Of a stretch of 64,000 nucleotides of DNA, positions 1 through 8,771 are shown one piece after another. This stretch comes from an uncultured Chitinophagales bacterium (GTDB lineage: Bacteria > Bacteroidota > Bacteroidia > Chitinophagales > JADIYW01). Each line of letters begins with the position of its first letter. The first letter of the stretch is position 1. Below the pieces are notes generated by a model. The model was not told where the DNA came from and did no database searches. It was given only the letters and a program-made list of their open reading frames with translations. Both the position numbers and the translations under genes were made by a program. The stretch lies in the NCBI GenBank assembly GCA_964490845.1, contig CAZBED010000004.1, positions 587-64,586 of the forward strand, given 5' to 3'.

Positions 1-1
1 C

Positions 2-313
2 CGAAAGCTGAAATACAGGGAAATTGTATATTTTGATCAAAAAAGTTCTTATGTGAAGAGAGAAATAGTATGGCTGCAGGTATACTACTCCATTCAGGAA
101 GGAGATGAGTGGAAACATTATAACGGGCCATTGTTTTGGATGAATGAAATTAAAAAGTCAACTCATCCCGTTTTGGTACTGAACAAAGATGTCAGTAATC
201 AGCAAAGAACATTAGATCACACATTTATGTTTCCTGCTTTTATTGTCAACGAAAATAAACAGAAAGGAGATACTAAAAAGATTATAATAAACAATCAGAC
301 GGAAGAGCATTAA
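2..313 (+). CDS. hypothetical protein, C-terminal fragment (frame open to left window edge; GTG at 53 is probably internal)
   Basis: The frame of ORF 53..313 has no stop codon back to nt 2. No motif recognised. Confidence 0.3.
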   Translation, partial: RKLKYREIVYFDQKSSYVKREIVWLQVYYSIQEGDEWKHYNGPLFWMNEIKKSTHPVLVLNKDVSNQQRTLDHTFMFPAFIVNENKQKGDTKKIIINNQTEEH

Positions 314-900
314 TTGTAAATGCTTTTTAACTTCATCTTCATACCCAGATTCATTTCTACTATCAACGGAAAATTTTCATCATTGACATAGGTGATTTGA
401 AAATCGCCGCCGTCGGTTACCGTCCTGCATTCAAATTCATTCGAAAAGTTATTCTGATATCCGAATGTTTGAGTATGATTGTACGGGTTCCCAAAAATGG
501 TCATTACACCGTCTTTCTTATCTGTATAAATCTCAATCGAGCCATTTCCCTTTAATGCATTGAACATTTTTTTACTTATCAGGAAGCAGCATTCATCTTT
601 CAGCTGTATAGTGCCACCGGTAAAGTTGCTGAATAAGCTATTAGCATTCTCTAATGCTGTTTTTGCGATATTAATAGACCCGCTTGTGTTCTCAGGGCTG
701 CTTATCTTCCAGTCAAAATTATAGGCATCAGATTCCTCATTCATCGTCACCGTACATTCGTACTGGGTCCCGGAATAGTTTACATCGTAAACGAGTTTAG
801 TACCCTTTCTAAGGATTTGTTTAGGACTAATGTAAGCGGAAGTGGTGGAAGATAAAACCACCAGCACCGCAATCAGTGCAGTTTGTAAAATCTTTACCAT
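310..900 (-). CDS. secreted hypothetical protein
   Basis: Hydrophobic N-terminal leader MVKILQTALIAVLVVLSSTTSA. No catalytic motif recognised. Confidence 0.55.
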   Translation of the reverse strand: MVKILQTALIAVLVVLSSTTSAYISPKQILRKGTKLVYDVNYSGTQYECTVTMNEESDAYNFDWKISSPENTSGSINIAKTALENANSLFSNFTGGTIQLKDECCFLISKKMFNALKGNGSIEIYTDKKDGVMTIFGNPYNHTQTFGYQNNFSNEFECRTVTDGGDFQITYVNDENFPLIVEMNLGMKMKLKSIYN

Positions 901-1019
901 AGTTTTTAAGTAAAACGATTAACAAGACAAGTAAAGTTACATCAATAACTGACTTAAGTCAATAGTAAAAATTTAAATATGTACGTGTAATTTGTTAAAT
1001 TTCAACGATTTCCGTCAAA

Positions 1020-1970
1020 TCATGGCAAAAAATGAAGTATTTCTTTCAAAACGGCCTGTGCTGCATATTCACGGTTGGCAGCCTGCTGAATTACAATCGA
1101 ACGGTTGGAGTCCAGTATATCGTCTGAAATTTCAACGTTTCTTCTGGTGGGCAGACAATGCATGAAGAATGCATTATTCGTATTTTTCAGTTTTTCCTGT
1201 GTTATCATCCAATCGTCATGTTGCCCGATTATCTTCCCATAATCTGAATAAGAACTCCAGTTTTTGGCATAAATAAAATCGGCGTCATTGAATGCTTCTT
1301 CCTGGTCGTAAATGACAGGTGCCTTGCCGGAAAATGTTTCATTTAGTTCATATCCTTTTGGGTGGGTGATAACAAATTCGACATTTGCTTTATTCATCCA
1401 TTCTGAAAATGAATTGGCGACACACTGAGGCAGGGCTTTTATGTGTGGCGCCCAACTTAAAACCACTTTAGGTTTGGGTTTGCTGCTAAATTCACGGATT
1501 GTGATTAAGTCCGTCAGTGACTGCAACGGATGAACCGTAGCCGATTCCATATTCACTATAGGAACAGTCACGTTTTCCAGAAATTTATGAAGGATATATT
1601 CTGAATAATCTTTTTCTCTGTCTGTCAGTGAAGGAAAAGCTCTGATACCGATAATATCGGCGTATTGGGAAATAACAGCTGCGCCTTCTTTGATATGTTC
1701 TGCTTTGTCACCGTTCATAACAACGCCATCTTCATATTCCATATTCCAGCTGTCTTGGCCAAGATTGAGCACAATGGTGTTCATTCCCAAATTTTGTGCT
1801 GCTTTTTGAGTGCTTAATCTTGTTCGCAGCGATGAGTTCAGGAAAATCAATACCATTGTTTTATTTTCACCCATCTTTTTAAAATCATAAGGATTAGGCT
1901 TTAGAGCAATGGCTTTTTTCGCCAGTGCTTCCACATCATCCACATCGTTGACGGATAGAAAATTTTTCAT
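1020..1970 (-). CDS. argF': N-succinyl-L-ornithine (N-acyl-ornithine) carbamoyltransferase, Bacteroides ArgF' type
   Basis: Carbamoyl-phosphate motif SLRTRLS and HCLP motif; end-to-end resemblance, from memory, to B. fragilis ArgF' (FNSSLRTRLSTQKAA, DIIG.R.F, HPLQS, FMHCLP). I prefer the ATG at 1968-1970 (MKNFLSV), which gives an ATGA overlap with the argD stop, over the track start at 1982. Confidence 0.85.
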   Translation of the reverse strand: MKNFLSVNDVDDVEALAKKAIALKPNPYDFKKMGENKTMVLIFLNSSLRTRLSTQKAAQNLGMNTIVLNLGQDSWNMEYEDGVVMNGDKAEHIKEGAAVISQYADIIGIRAFPSLTDREKDYSEYILHKFLENVTVPIVNMESATVHPLQSLTDLITIREFSSKPKPKVVLSWAPHIKALPQCVANSFSEWMNKANVEFVITHPKGYELNETFSGKAPVIYDQEEAFNDADFIYAKNWSSYSDYGKIIGQHDDWMITQEKLKNTNNAFFMHCLPTRRNVEISDDILDSNRSIVIQQAANREYAAQAVLKEILHFLP

Positions 1971-3097
1971 GAGTTCAGGCATTTTTTTAGTGCGTTCAGT
2001 AATTCATCTGCTTCCTGCTTTCCGATGGTGAGACTCGGCAATAAACGAATCGTATTCGGATTATTGGAACTGCCAACAAAAATATGATGTTCATAGACTA
2101 ATTTATCCCGCAATTGTTTGACGGGGAATTCAAATTCAACACCTAACATCAGTCCTTTGCCACGCACTTCTTTTACTCCTGGTAGCATACGGCATTGCTC
2201 GAGAAGGTATGAACCCATATAATGGGCATTATCCATCAACCGCTCATTGTCTATCACTTCCAGTACGGCTATCCCTGCAGCACAGGCCAACGGCGCACCT
2301 CCGAAAGTTGTCCCAAGCATGCCATATTTTGCCTGAATTTTCGGGTGAATTAAAATGCCGGCAATAGGGAAGCCGTTACCCATTCCTTTTGCCATTGTGA
2401 TAATATCCGGCTGTACAGCTGCGTGCTGATGGGTGAAAAACTTGCCGCTTCTGCCATAACCGCATTGTATTTCATCCGCGATGAAAAGTGAATTGTTTTC
2501 CCTGCACAATTGCTGAATTTGTTGTAAAAAGTAAATGGAAGGTTCATATATACCATTCACTCCTTGTATCGGTTCGATGATAACCGCACAGATTTCATGG
2601 TCCTGAAAGGCATTTTGCAATCCAACGGTGTCCTCAAAATCAAGAAAAATTACATGAGAGTCATCGTTTACCGGTGGTTTTATTTTGGCGTTGTCTGTAA
2701 CAGCCAACGCCCCCGAGGTGCGTCCATGAAATGCACCCTTAAAAGCGATAATTTTTTTTCGGTTATTTTCAAAAGAAGCAACTTTCAATGCATTTTCTAC
2801 TGCTTCTGCGCCGCTGTTGCAGAGGAATAATTGATAATCGTCATAGCCTGATAAGACGCTTAATTTATCAGCCAGTTCCTGCTGCACAGGCAGATGAACG
2901 GAATTGGAATAAAAGGAGAGTTGGTGGAGTTGTGTTTCAATGCGTTGAATATAATGATTATGTGCATGACCAATGGAAATAACTGCATGGCCACCGTAAA
3001 AGTCTAAATATTTAATGCCGTTTGAGTCGTACACATAGTTTCCTTTTCCTTTTACGATTTCAATATCAAAGAGCGGATATACGTTAAATAAGTTCAT
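1967..3097 (-). CDS. argD: acetyl/succinyl-ornithine aminotransferase (class III PLP aminotransferase)
   Basis: Class III aminotransferase layout (GGHAVISIGH, NSGAEAVE, DEIQCGYGRSGKFF, PLP-Lys context TMAKGMGNGFP). Sits between argC and argF'. Confidence 0.85.
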   Translation of the reverse strand: MNLFNVYPLFDIEIVKGKGNYVYDSNGIKYLDFYGGHAVISIGHAHNHYIQRIETQLHQLSFYSNSVHLPVQQELADKLSVLSGYDDYQLFLCNSGAEAVENALKVASFENNRKKIIAFKGAFHGRTSGALAVTDNAKIKPPVNDDSHVIFLDFEDTVGLQNAFQDHEICAVIIEPIQGVNGIYEPSIYFLQQIQQLCRENNSLFIADEIQCGYGRSGKFFTHQHAAVQPDIITMAKGMGNGFPIAGILIHPKIQAKYGMLGTTFGGAPLACAAGIAVLEVIDNERLMDNAHYMGSYLLEQCRMLPGVKEVRGKGLMLGVEFEFPVKQLRDKLVYEHHIFVGSSNNPNTIRLLPSLTIGKQEADELLNALKKCLNS

Positions 3098-3119
3098 ATT
3101 TGCTTTACGAAAAAATAAG

Positions 3120-4085
3120 CTAATAAGCAGCAGGTTTTAATTTTAAGCCTTCTGTTTCCTCTATCCCAAATAACAGATTCATATTCTGAACGGCTTGCCC
3201 GGAAGCGCCTTTAATCAGGTTGTCTATAATGGAAACAATCATCAGTTTGTCTTCATGTTTTTCCAGATACAACAGGCATTTATTCGTATTGACAACTTGT
3301 TTTAAGTCAATGCTTTTTGCAGAAAGTATTGTAAATGGTTCATCTTTATAAAACGTTTGGTACAGATTAGTGGCATTTTCCAAAGTTCCATCAAAATCAG
3401 TGTAAATGGTGGTAAAAATACCTCGTGTAAAATCTCCTCTGTATGGAATAAAATGAATCGGATGATGAAACGAATCCTGTAGCTGACACAGACTTTGTTT
3501 TATTTCGCTAAGATGTTGATGCGTGAATGCTTTGTAAACCGAGATATTATCATTTCGCCAGGTAAAATGGGTGGTCTCACTCAGGGATACTCCGGCGCCG
3601 GTACTTCCCGTTATTCCGGAAATATGGATTGCAGAATTCAACAGGCACTTATTCGCCAATGGCAATAAAGCCAGTTGAATTGCAGTAGCAAAACAACCTG
3701 GATTGGCAATTTTTGTTGCCTTTTTTATGGCAGTTTTATTTAATTCAGGTAATCCGTAAACGAAATCAGAAGGATGGTCCTTTAAGCGGAAATCATTACT
3801 CAGGTCTATGATTTTTGTACCCGTAGAAATGTTATGTTTTTCCAAAAACAGGCGTGCTTCACCATGCGGTAAGCATAAAAACAGTACATCAGCACCCGGC
3901 TTAATTTCATTGGTAAAAAACAAATCGGTGTCGCCTGATAAATCTGTATGGACATCAAAAACAGGTTTTCCGTTTTGACTTCTGCTGTAACAAAAATCAA
4001 TATCAACTCCGGGATGTCGCAATAGGATGCGTATCAGTTCACCACCCGTATACCCGGCTGCACCGATAATTCCTGCTTTTACCAT
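3120..4085 (-). CDS. argC: N-acetyl-gamma-glutamyl-phosphate reductase
   Basis: N-terminal GAAGYTGGELIRIL Rossmann motif and catalytic Cys context NPGCFATA. Lies in the arg cluster. Confidence 0.9.
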   Translation of the reverse strand: MVKAGIIGAAGYTGGELIRILLRHPGVDIDFCYSRSQNGKPVFDVHTDLSGDTDLFFTNEIKPGADVLFLCLPHGEARLFLEKHNISTGTKIIDLSNDFRLKDHPSDFVYGLPELNKTAIKKATKIANPGCFATAIQLALLPLANKCLLNSAIHISGITGSTGAGVSLSETTHFTWRNDNISVYKAFTHQHLSEIKQSLCQLQDSFHHPIHFIPYRGDFTRGIFTTIYTDFDGTLENATNLYQTFYKDEPFTILSAKSIDLKQVVNTNKCLLYLEKHEDKLMIVSIIDNLIKGASGQAVQNMNLLFGIEETEGLKLKPAAY

Positions 4086-4232
4086 ATCCTAAAATAGAAT
4101 AAATCAATAAGATTTTTTATTCTATATCAATGATGTTTGTGTTAATTATGAATATTGAATAAAAGAAAGAAGAATAACCGGTGCAGATTAATGTTCGTAT
4201 TCGTAGAAAAAGTTGTTGGAAATGTAATTATC

Positions 4233-5540
4233 TTAACGCTTGCTCATTCCCATACCTTGCATACGTTTCATCATCACTTTCATCTGGTCGAATTGTTTGA
4301 TGAACTGATTCACATCCTGAATGGTATTTCCTGAGCCTTTTGCCAAACGTTCCCTGCGCTTACCGTTAATGATGTCCGGGTTTCTGCGTTCTTCGGGTGT
4401 CATGGAAAATATGATGGCTTCAATTTTTTTGAAGGCATTGTCATCAATATCAATATCTTTTACCGCTTTGCCGACGCCCGGTATCATCCCCAGTAAATCC
4501 TTGATATTTCCCATCTTTCGGATCTGGTTAATTTGCTGAAGAAAGTCTTCAAAGTCAAACTGGTTCTTGGCAATCTTCTTGCTTAAACGTTGCGCTTCTT
4601 TTTCGTCAAATTGTTCCTGCGCCTTTTCAACGAAGGAAACGATATCACCCATACCCAAAATACGCTGAGACATACGCTCCGGATAGAAAATGTCCAGCGT
4701 ATCCGCCAGTTTTTCACCACGTGATACAAACTTGATGGGTTTGTTAACAGTATATTTGATAGAAAGAGCAGCACCGCCGCGTGTGTCGCCGTCTAATTTG
4801 GTTAAGACCACCCCGTCAAAGTTGATTCTGTCGTTGAATGCTTTAGCTGTATTCACCGCATCCTGACCCGTCATCGAATCCACTACAAATAAGGTTTCCT
4901 GTGGCTGAATAGCCTGTTTAACTTGTGCGATTTCGTTCATCATTTCTTCGTCAACAGCCAGCCGGCCGGCGGTATCCACGATTACTACATTCTGTCCTTT
5001 CTGTCTGGCATATGCTATCGCATTTTGCGCGATAGACACCGGATTTTTATTCTCAGTTTCAGAAAATACTTCAACACCAATTTGTTCACCCAATACTATT
5101 AACTGGTCAATAGCGGCAGGACGGTACACGTCACAGGCAACTAAAAGCGGTGTTTTATTGAGTTTTGTTTTAACATAATTGGCTAACTTTCCGGAAAAGG
5201 TAGTTTTACCTGAACCTTGTAATCCGGAAATTAAAATTACAGCCGGATTGCCTTTGATGTTGATTTCAGTAGCTGTGCCACCCATCAACTGAGTCAGTTC
5301 ATCGCTGACAATTTTTACCATTAACTGACCGGGAGAAACGGAGGTCAGCACGTTCTGCCCCATGGCTTTATCCTTAACGGTGTCGGTAAATTCTTTTGCG
5401 ATTTTATAATTTACGTCGGCGTCAACTAAAGCCCGACGTATATCTTTTACAGTTGCGGCAATATTCAGTTCCGTCAGTTTACCCTGACCTTTCAGGTTTT
5501 TGAATGCGCCTTCTAGTTTATCCTGTAAGTTTTCAAACAT
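4233..5540 (-). CDS. ffh: signal recognition particle protein Ffh
   Basis: SRP54 G-domain motifs GLQGSGKTT, DTAGR and TKLDGD; Met-rich C-terminal M domain (MKVMMKRMQGMGM). Confidence 0.95.
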   Translation of the reverse strand: MFENLQDKLEGAFKNLKGQGKLTELNIAATVKDIRRALVDADVNYKIAKEFTDTVKDKAMGQNVLTSVSPGQLMVKIVSDELTQLMGGTATEINIKGNPAVILISGLQGSGKTTFSGKLANYVKTKLNKTPLLVACDVYRPAAIDQLIVLGEQIGVEVFSETENKNPVSIAQNAIAYARQKGQNVVIVDTAGRLAVDEEMMNEIAQVKQAIQPQETLFVVDSMTGQDAVNTAKAFNDRINFDGVVLTKLDGDTRGGAALSIKYTVNKPIKFVSRGEKLADTLDIFYPERMSQRILGMGDIVSFVEKAQEQFDEKEAQRLSKKIAKNQFDFEDFLQQINQIRKMGNIKDLLGMIPGVGKAVKDIDIDDNAFKKIEAIIFSMTPEERRNPDIINGKRRERLAKGSGNTIQDVNQFIKQFDQMKVMMKRMQGMGMSKR

Positions 5541-5616
5541 TGATTAGAAGTTATTGGTTGAGAAGTTGTCTGTTACAAGAAGGATAATCTCCATACTTAT
5601 AACGGTAAAAAACGTA

Positions 5617-7044
5617 TTAATAATAGGTAAGACGCTGTACTTTGCCAATATATTTTGCCAGTCGTATTACCTGACGTGTGTAGCCATATTCATTATCATA
5701 CCATACATACAACACGATTGATTTGCTGTTGGGTGATAACAAAGTGGCATGAGAGTCAACAATAGATGCATGCGGATTGCCGATACAATCAGAAGAAACC
5801 AGTTCCTGAGAGGTAGAAAAGTCAATCTGTTCAACCAGTGAACCGAAAGAGCCGGCTTGTTTCAGAATCGCATTGATTTCATCAACAGATGTTACCGTTT
5901 TAGATAAGTTCAGGTTTAAGATTGCCAATGAAACATCGGGTGTCGGTACACGAACGGCATTTCCGGTGAACTTGCCGGACATTTCAGGCATTACTTTGGT
6001 AATGGCACTGGCCGCACCGGTTTCCGTAATCACCATATTCATTGGTGCAGAACGTCCGCGCCTGTATTTTTTATGGTAGTTATCCAGTAAGTTTTGATCG
6101 TTGGTATAAGAGTGAACCGTTTCCACATGTCCTGACTCAATTCCGTATACATCACTGATAACCTTAATGATAGGAGAGATGGCATTAGTAGTACAAGAAG
6201 CTGCCGTCCAAACTTTAAAATCATCCGGATGATAGTTGAGATGGTTAACTCCGTACACGATATTCGGTAAGGTTCCTTTTCCGGGAGCAGTCAGTAAAAC
6301 TTTGGAAATGCCTTTTGATTTTAAGTGATTGGCTAATTTTTCAGCATCTCTCCAGATACCGGAATTATCAATCAACAGGGCATCGTTGATGCCATATTGT
6401 GTATAGTCAATTTCGGCAGGATTATCCGCTGAAATCATGTGTATGACATTACCGTTTGCTACCAGTGTTTTGTTTTCAAAATCTTCTGTTATAACGCCGC
6501 GGAATTTTCCATGAACAGAATCCTTTCTCAGCAGTGAAGAACGTTTTTTGATTTCTTCATCGGAATTACCTCTCGTTACAATCGCTTTTAACCGCAATTG
6601 TTCGCCGTTGCCATGCTGCTGGATGAGTTCTCTAGCCGCTAAACGGCCAATACGTCCAAATCCGAACAATACCACATCTTTCGGCTCAATAATGCGTTTA
6701 TCTTTTCCAATATAATCGGCTAATTTAGCAGCAGTAAATTCATTTACCGAAGCGAAATTGCCTTTTTCTTCAATCCACTCTTTATTCAGAGTGGCAATAT
6801 CAATTCTTGAGTTGGAAATTTCGAGTTGTTCTATAGCTGTTGCGAGGGCTAAAAAATCTTCAATAGATAATGGCAGGTTGAGGTATTTTTTAGCGTATTC
6901 TTTGTTATTTAAAACTTCTGTGTAACGGGCATCTACAATATTTCTGCGGAAAATAACCAGTTCCACGTTTCTGTCCAGCCAAAGTTTGCCGGCGATGTTA
7001 ATCAGTTCGAGGGCTTTTTTTTCTTTTTCGATCCACTTGCTCAT
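5617..7044 (-). CDS. gap: glyceraldehyde-3-phosphate dehydrogenase, long form with ~125-aa N-terminal extension
   Basis: Rossmann GFGRIGR, catalytic ASCTTN and C-terminal WYDNEYGY motifs. About 125 residues precede the Rossmann fold. Confidence 0.85.
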   Translation of the reverse strand: MSKWIEKEKKALELINIAGKLWLDRNVELVIFRRNIVDARYTEVLNNKEYAKKYLNLPLSIEDFLALATAIEQLEISNSRIDIATLNKEWIEEKGNFASVNEFTAAKLADYIGKDKRIIEPKDVVLFGFGRIGRLAARELIQQHGNGEQLRLKAIVTRGNSDEEIKKRSSLLRKDSVHGKFRGVITEDFENKTLVANGNVIHMISADNPAEIDYTQYGINDALLIDNSGIWRDAEKLANHLKSKGISKVLLTAPGKGTLPNIVYGVNHLNYHPDDFKVWTAASCTTNAISPIIKVISDVYGIESGHVETVHSYTNDQNLLDNYHKKYRRGRSAPMNMVITETGAASAITKVMPEMSGKFTGNAVRVPTPDVSLAILNLNLSKTVTSVDEINAILKQAGSFGSLVEQIDFSTSQELVSSDCIGNPHASIVDSHATLLSPNSKSIVLYVWYDNEYGYTRQVIRLAKYIGKVQRLTYY

Positions 7045-7111
7045 GACGTAATTTTTGAATTATAGAATGTAGTTGGAATTAATTCTTTTCAGTATTCGGA
7101 AATCGTAACGC

Positions 7112-7981
7112 TTAATTACCAAGGTAATTTTTCAATAGTTTGCTTCTGGATGTGGCGCGAAGCTTATTGATGGCTTTGTCTTTGATTTGACGAACGCGCT
7201 CACGGGTCAATCCGAACTTTTCGCCTATATCTTCCAGCGACATCGGATGTTCTACACCGATACCGAAATAATATTTGATGACATCTTTTTGACGGTCTGT
7301 GAGTGTAGATAAGGAACGCTCGATTTCTCTTCTCAGGGATTCTAAATATTCCAGTTGCAAATCGGTACGTGGCGCTGATGTATTTTCCAAAACATCTAAC
7401 AGGGAATTTTCTTCTCCTTCCTGAAACGGAGCATCCACGGATACGTGACGGGCAGCCACACCTAAAGTAGTTTCTACCTCTTCTCGGGTGATTTCGAGTA
7501 TTTCTGCCAATTCATCTGCAGAAGGTTCGCGCTCAAATTCCTGTTCTAAGTTGGAAAAAGCCTTGTTGATTTTATTTAATGAACCCACTTTATTCAGTGG
7601 TAAACGAACGATACGGGATTGTTCTGCCAATGCCTGTAAAATAGACTGACGTATCCACCAAACTGCATAAGAGATAAATTTAAACCCTCTAGTCTCATCA
7701 AATCGCTGGGCAGCTTTTATCAAACCTAAGTTTCCTTCATTAATAAGGTCACTTAATGTCAATCCCTGATTCTGGTATTGTTTGGCCACGGAAACCACAA
7801 AACGAAGATTCGCTTTTGTGAGGCGCTCCAGTGCAATTTGGTCGCCGGCTTTGATACGCTGCGCTAAATCAACTTCTTCTTCCGGCGTTAATAAATCAAC
7901 TTTTCCGATTTCTTGTAAATATTTTTCTAAGGACTGGCTTTCGCGGTTGGTAATGGATTTGGTAATCTTAAGCTGACGCAT
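7112..7981 (-). CDS. rpoD: primary RNA polymerase sigma factor (sigma-70 family, short Bacteroidota type)
   Basis: Region 2 ([10 protein letters not shown]), region 3 and region 4 ([14 protein letters not shown]) are all present; 289 aa. Confidence 0.9.
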   Translation of the reverse strand: MRQLKITKSITNRESQSLEKYLQEIGKVDLLTPEEEVDLAQRIKAGDQIALERLTKANLRFVVSVAKQYQNQGLTLSDLINEGNLGLIKAAQRFDETRGFKFISYAVWWIRQSILQALAEQSRIVRLPLNKVGSLNKINKAFSNLEQEFEREPSADELAEILEITREEVETTLGVAARHVSVDAPFQEGEENSLLDVLENTSAPRTDLQLEYLESLRREIERSLSTLTDRQKDVIKYYFGIGVEHPMSLEDIGEKFGLTRERVRQIKDKAINKLRATSRSKLLKNYLGN

Positions 7982-8015
7982 ACTTTAATTAGATTGGATA
8001 AATTTTAAAAGTGTG

Positions 8016-8023
8016 CAAAGATA
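8016..8023 (-). promoter_or_regulatory. candidate -7 box TATCTTTG for rpoD
   Basis: Exact consensus match on the minus strand, 34 nt before ATG 7981. Confidence 0.4.
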
Positions 8024-8157
8024 AGCATTTTTAGAGTGAATGTCAATATTAGACAAGTCATTCAAAGTGAATGTATTGTTAAAATTAATCCTGAAAAGAG
8101 GATGTTAAAAATCACGGTTCACCCACGGATTTTTAGCAAAAAAATGTGCAACCGACA

Positions 8158-8769
8158 TCAGGCGTTTCTCAATGCCACTTCAATCTGCGCCACATGATGT
8201 TTGCCATGCCAGGCATATAAAGCCAGTGTTTGTTCTAAGGTAGAGGTCCTGTTGTATTCAGGATGGTAAAAAGTTCGTTTCCAGTCGTTTTTGTCCATAT
8301 TTTCCAGCAGGGCCACCCATTTTGCATGTATGGATTTCAGCAGGCGAACGGCCACCTTTATGGGTAATTGCGCATCTGCTGTTTCTACCCACAAATCCTG
8401 ATCATAAGGCTTGATGGTCGGGTTATTTTCGGTCAGCGCTAATTTAAAACGTATCAGCGCGTTCATATGGCTGTCTGCCAAATGGTGGATAATCTGTTCA
8501 ATCGTCCATCCGCCTTCCCGGTAGGAGTATTGCAACTTTTTCTTTTTATTGATTTTTTTAGCAACGGATTTCAGGTGTTCAGGCAGCACCCGAATATCCT
8601 GAATTAATTTGTTGATTACAGTCTCTGAATACTCTTCAGGATATTTTAGCTTTCCGATCGGGAAAATAGTAGTATCAACAGTAACCGCTTTTGAAGTTTT
8701 TGGTTTTGTTGTTTTTGGTGGAGAAGTCGCTTTCTTTTTTACTTTTTGCGTAACAGTATTCTTAGCCAT
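8158..8769 (-). CDS. DinB/YfiT-family putative metal-dependent protein with Lys/Pro-rich N-terminal tail
   Basis: His-containing helices (HHLADSHMNA, WHGKHHVAQI) typical of the DinB_2/YfiT fold. N-terminus reads KKKATSPPKTTKPKTSK. Starts 2 nt after the phoD stop. Confidence 0.65.
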   Translation of the reverse strand: MAKNTVTQKVKKKATSPPKTTKPKTSKAVTVDTTIFPIGKLKYPEEYSETVINKLIQDIRVLPEHLKSVAKKINKKKKLQYSYREGGWTIEQIIHHLADSHMNALIRFKLALTENNPTIKPYDQDLWVETADAQLPIKVAVRLLKSIHAKWVALLENMDKNDWKRTFYHPEYNRTSTLEQTLALYAWHGKHHVAQIEVALRNA

Positions 8770-8771
8770 TA

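Noticed and set aside
4095-4160. Possible ArgR operator upstream of argC: 9-bp inverted repeat TAGAATAAA/TTTATTCTA (4095-4103, 4116-4124) and TGAATATTGAAT (4149-4160), which resembles an ARG-box half-site
   Set aside because: The TGAAT units are direct rather than inverted as in the enterobacterial ARG box. The inverted repeat is pure A/T-rich sequence with a 12-nt spacer and could equally be a weak ffh terminator. There is not enough evidence to call it, though it could be revisited with a Bacteroidota ArgR motif model.
8035-8074. 9-mer AGTGAATGT repeated (8035-8043, 8066-8074) upstream of rpoD
   Set aside because: The repeat is short, single 9-mer repeats are common by chance, and I know of no regulator motif it matches.
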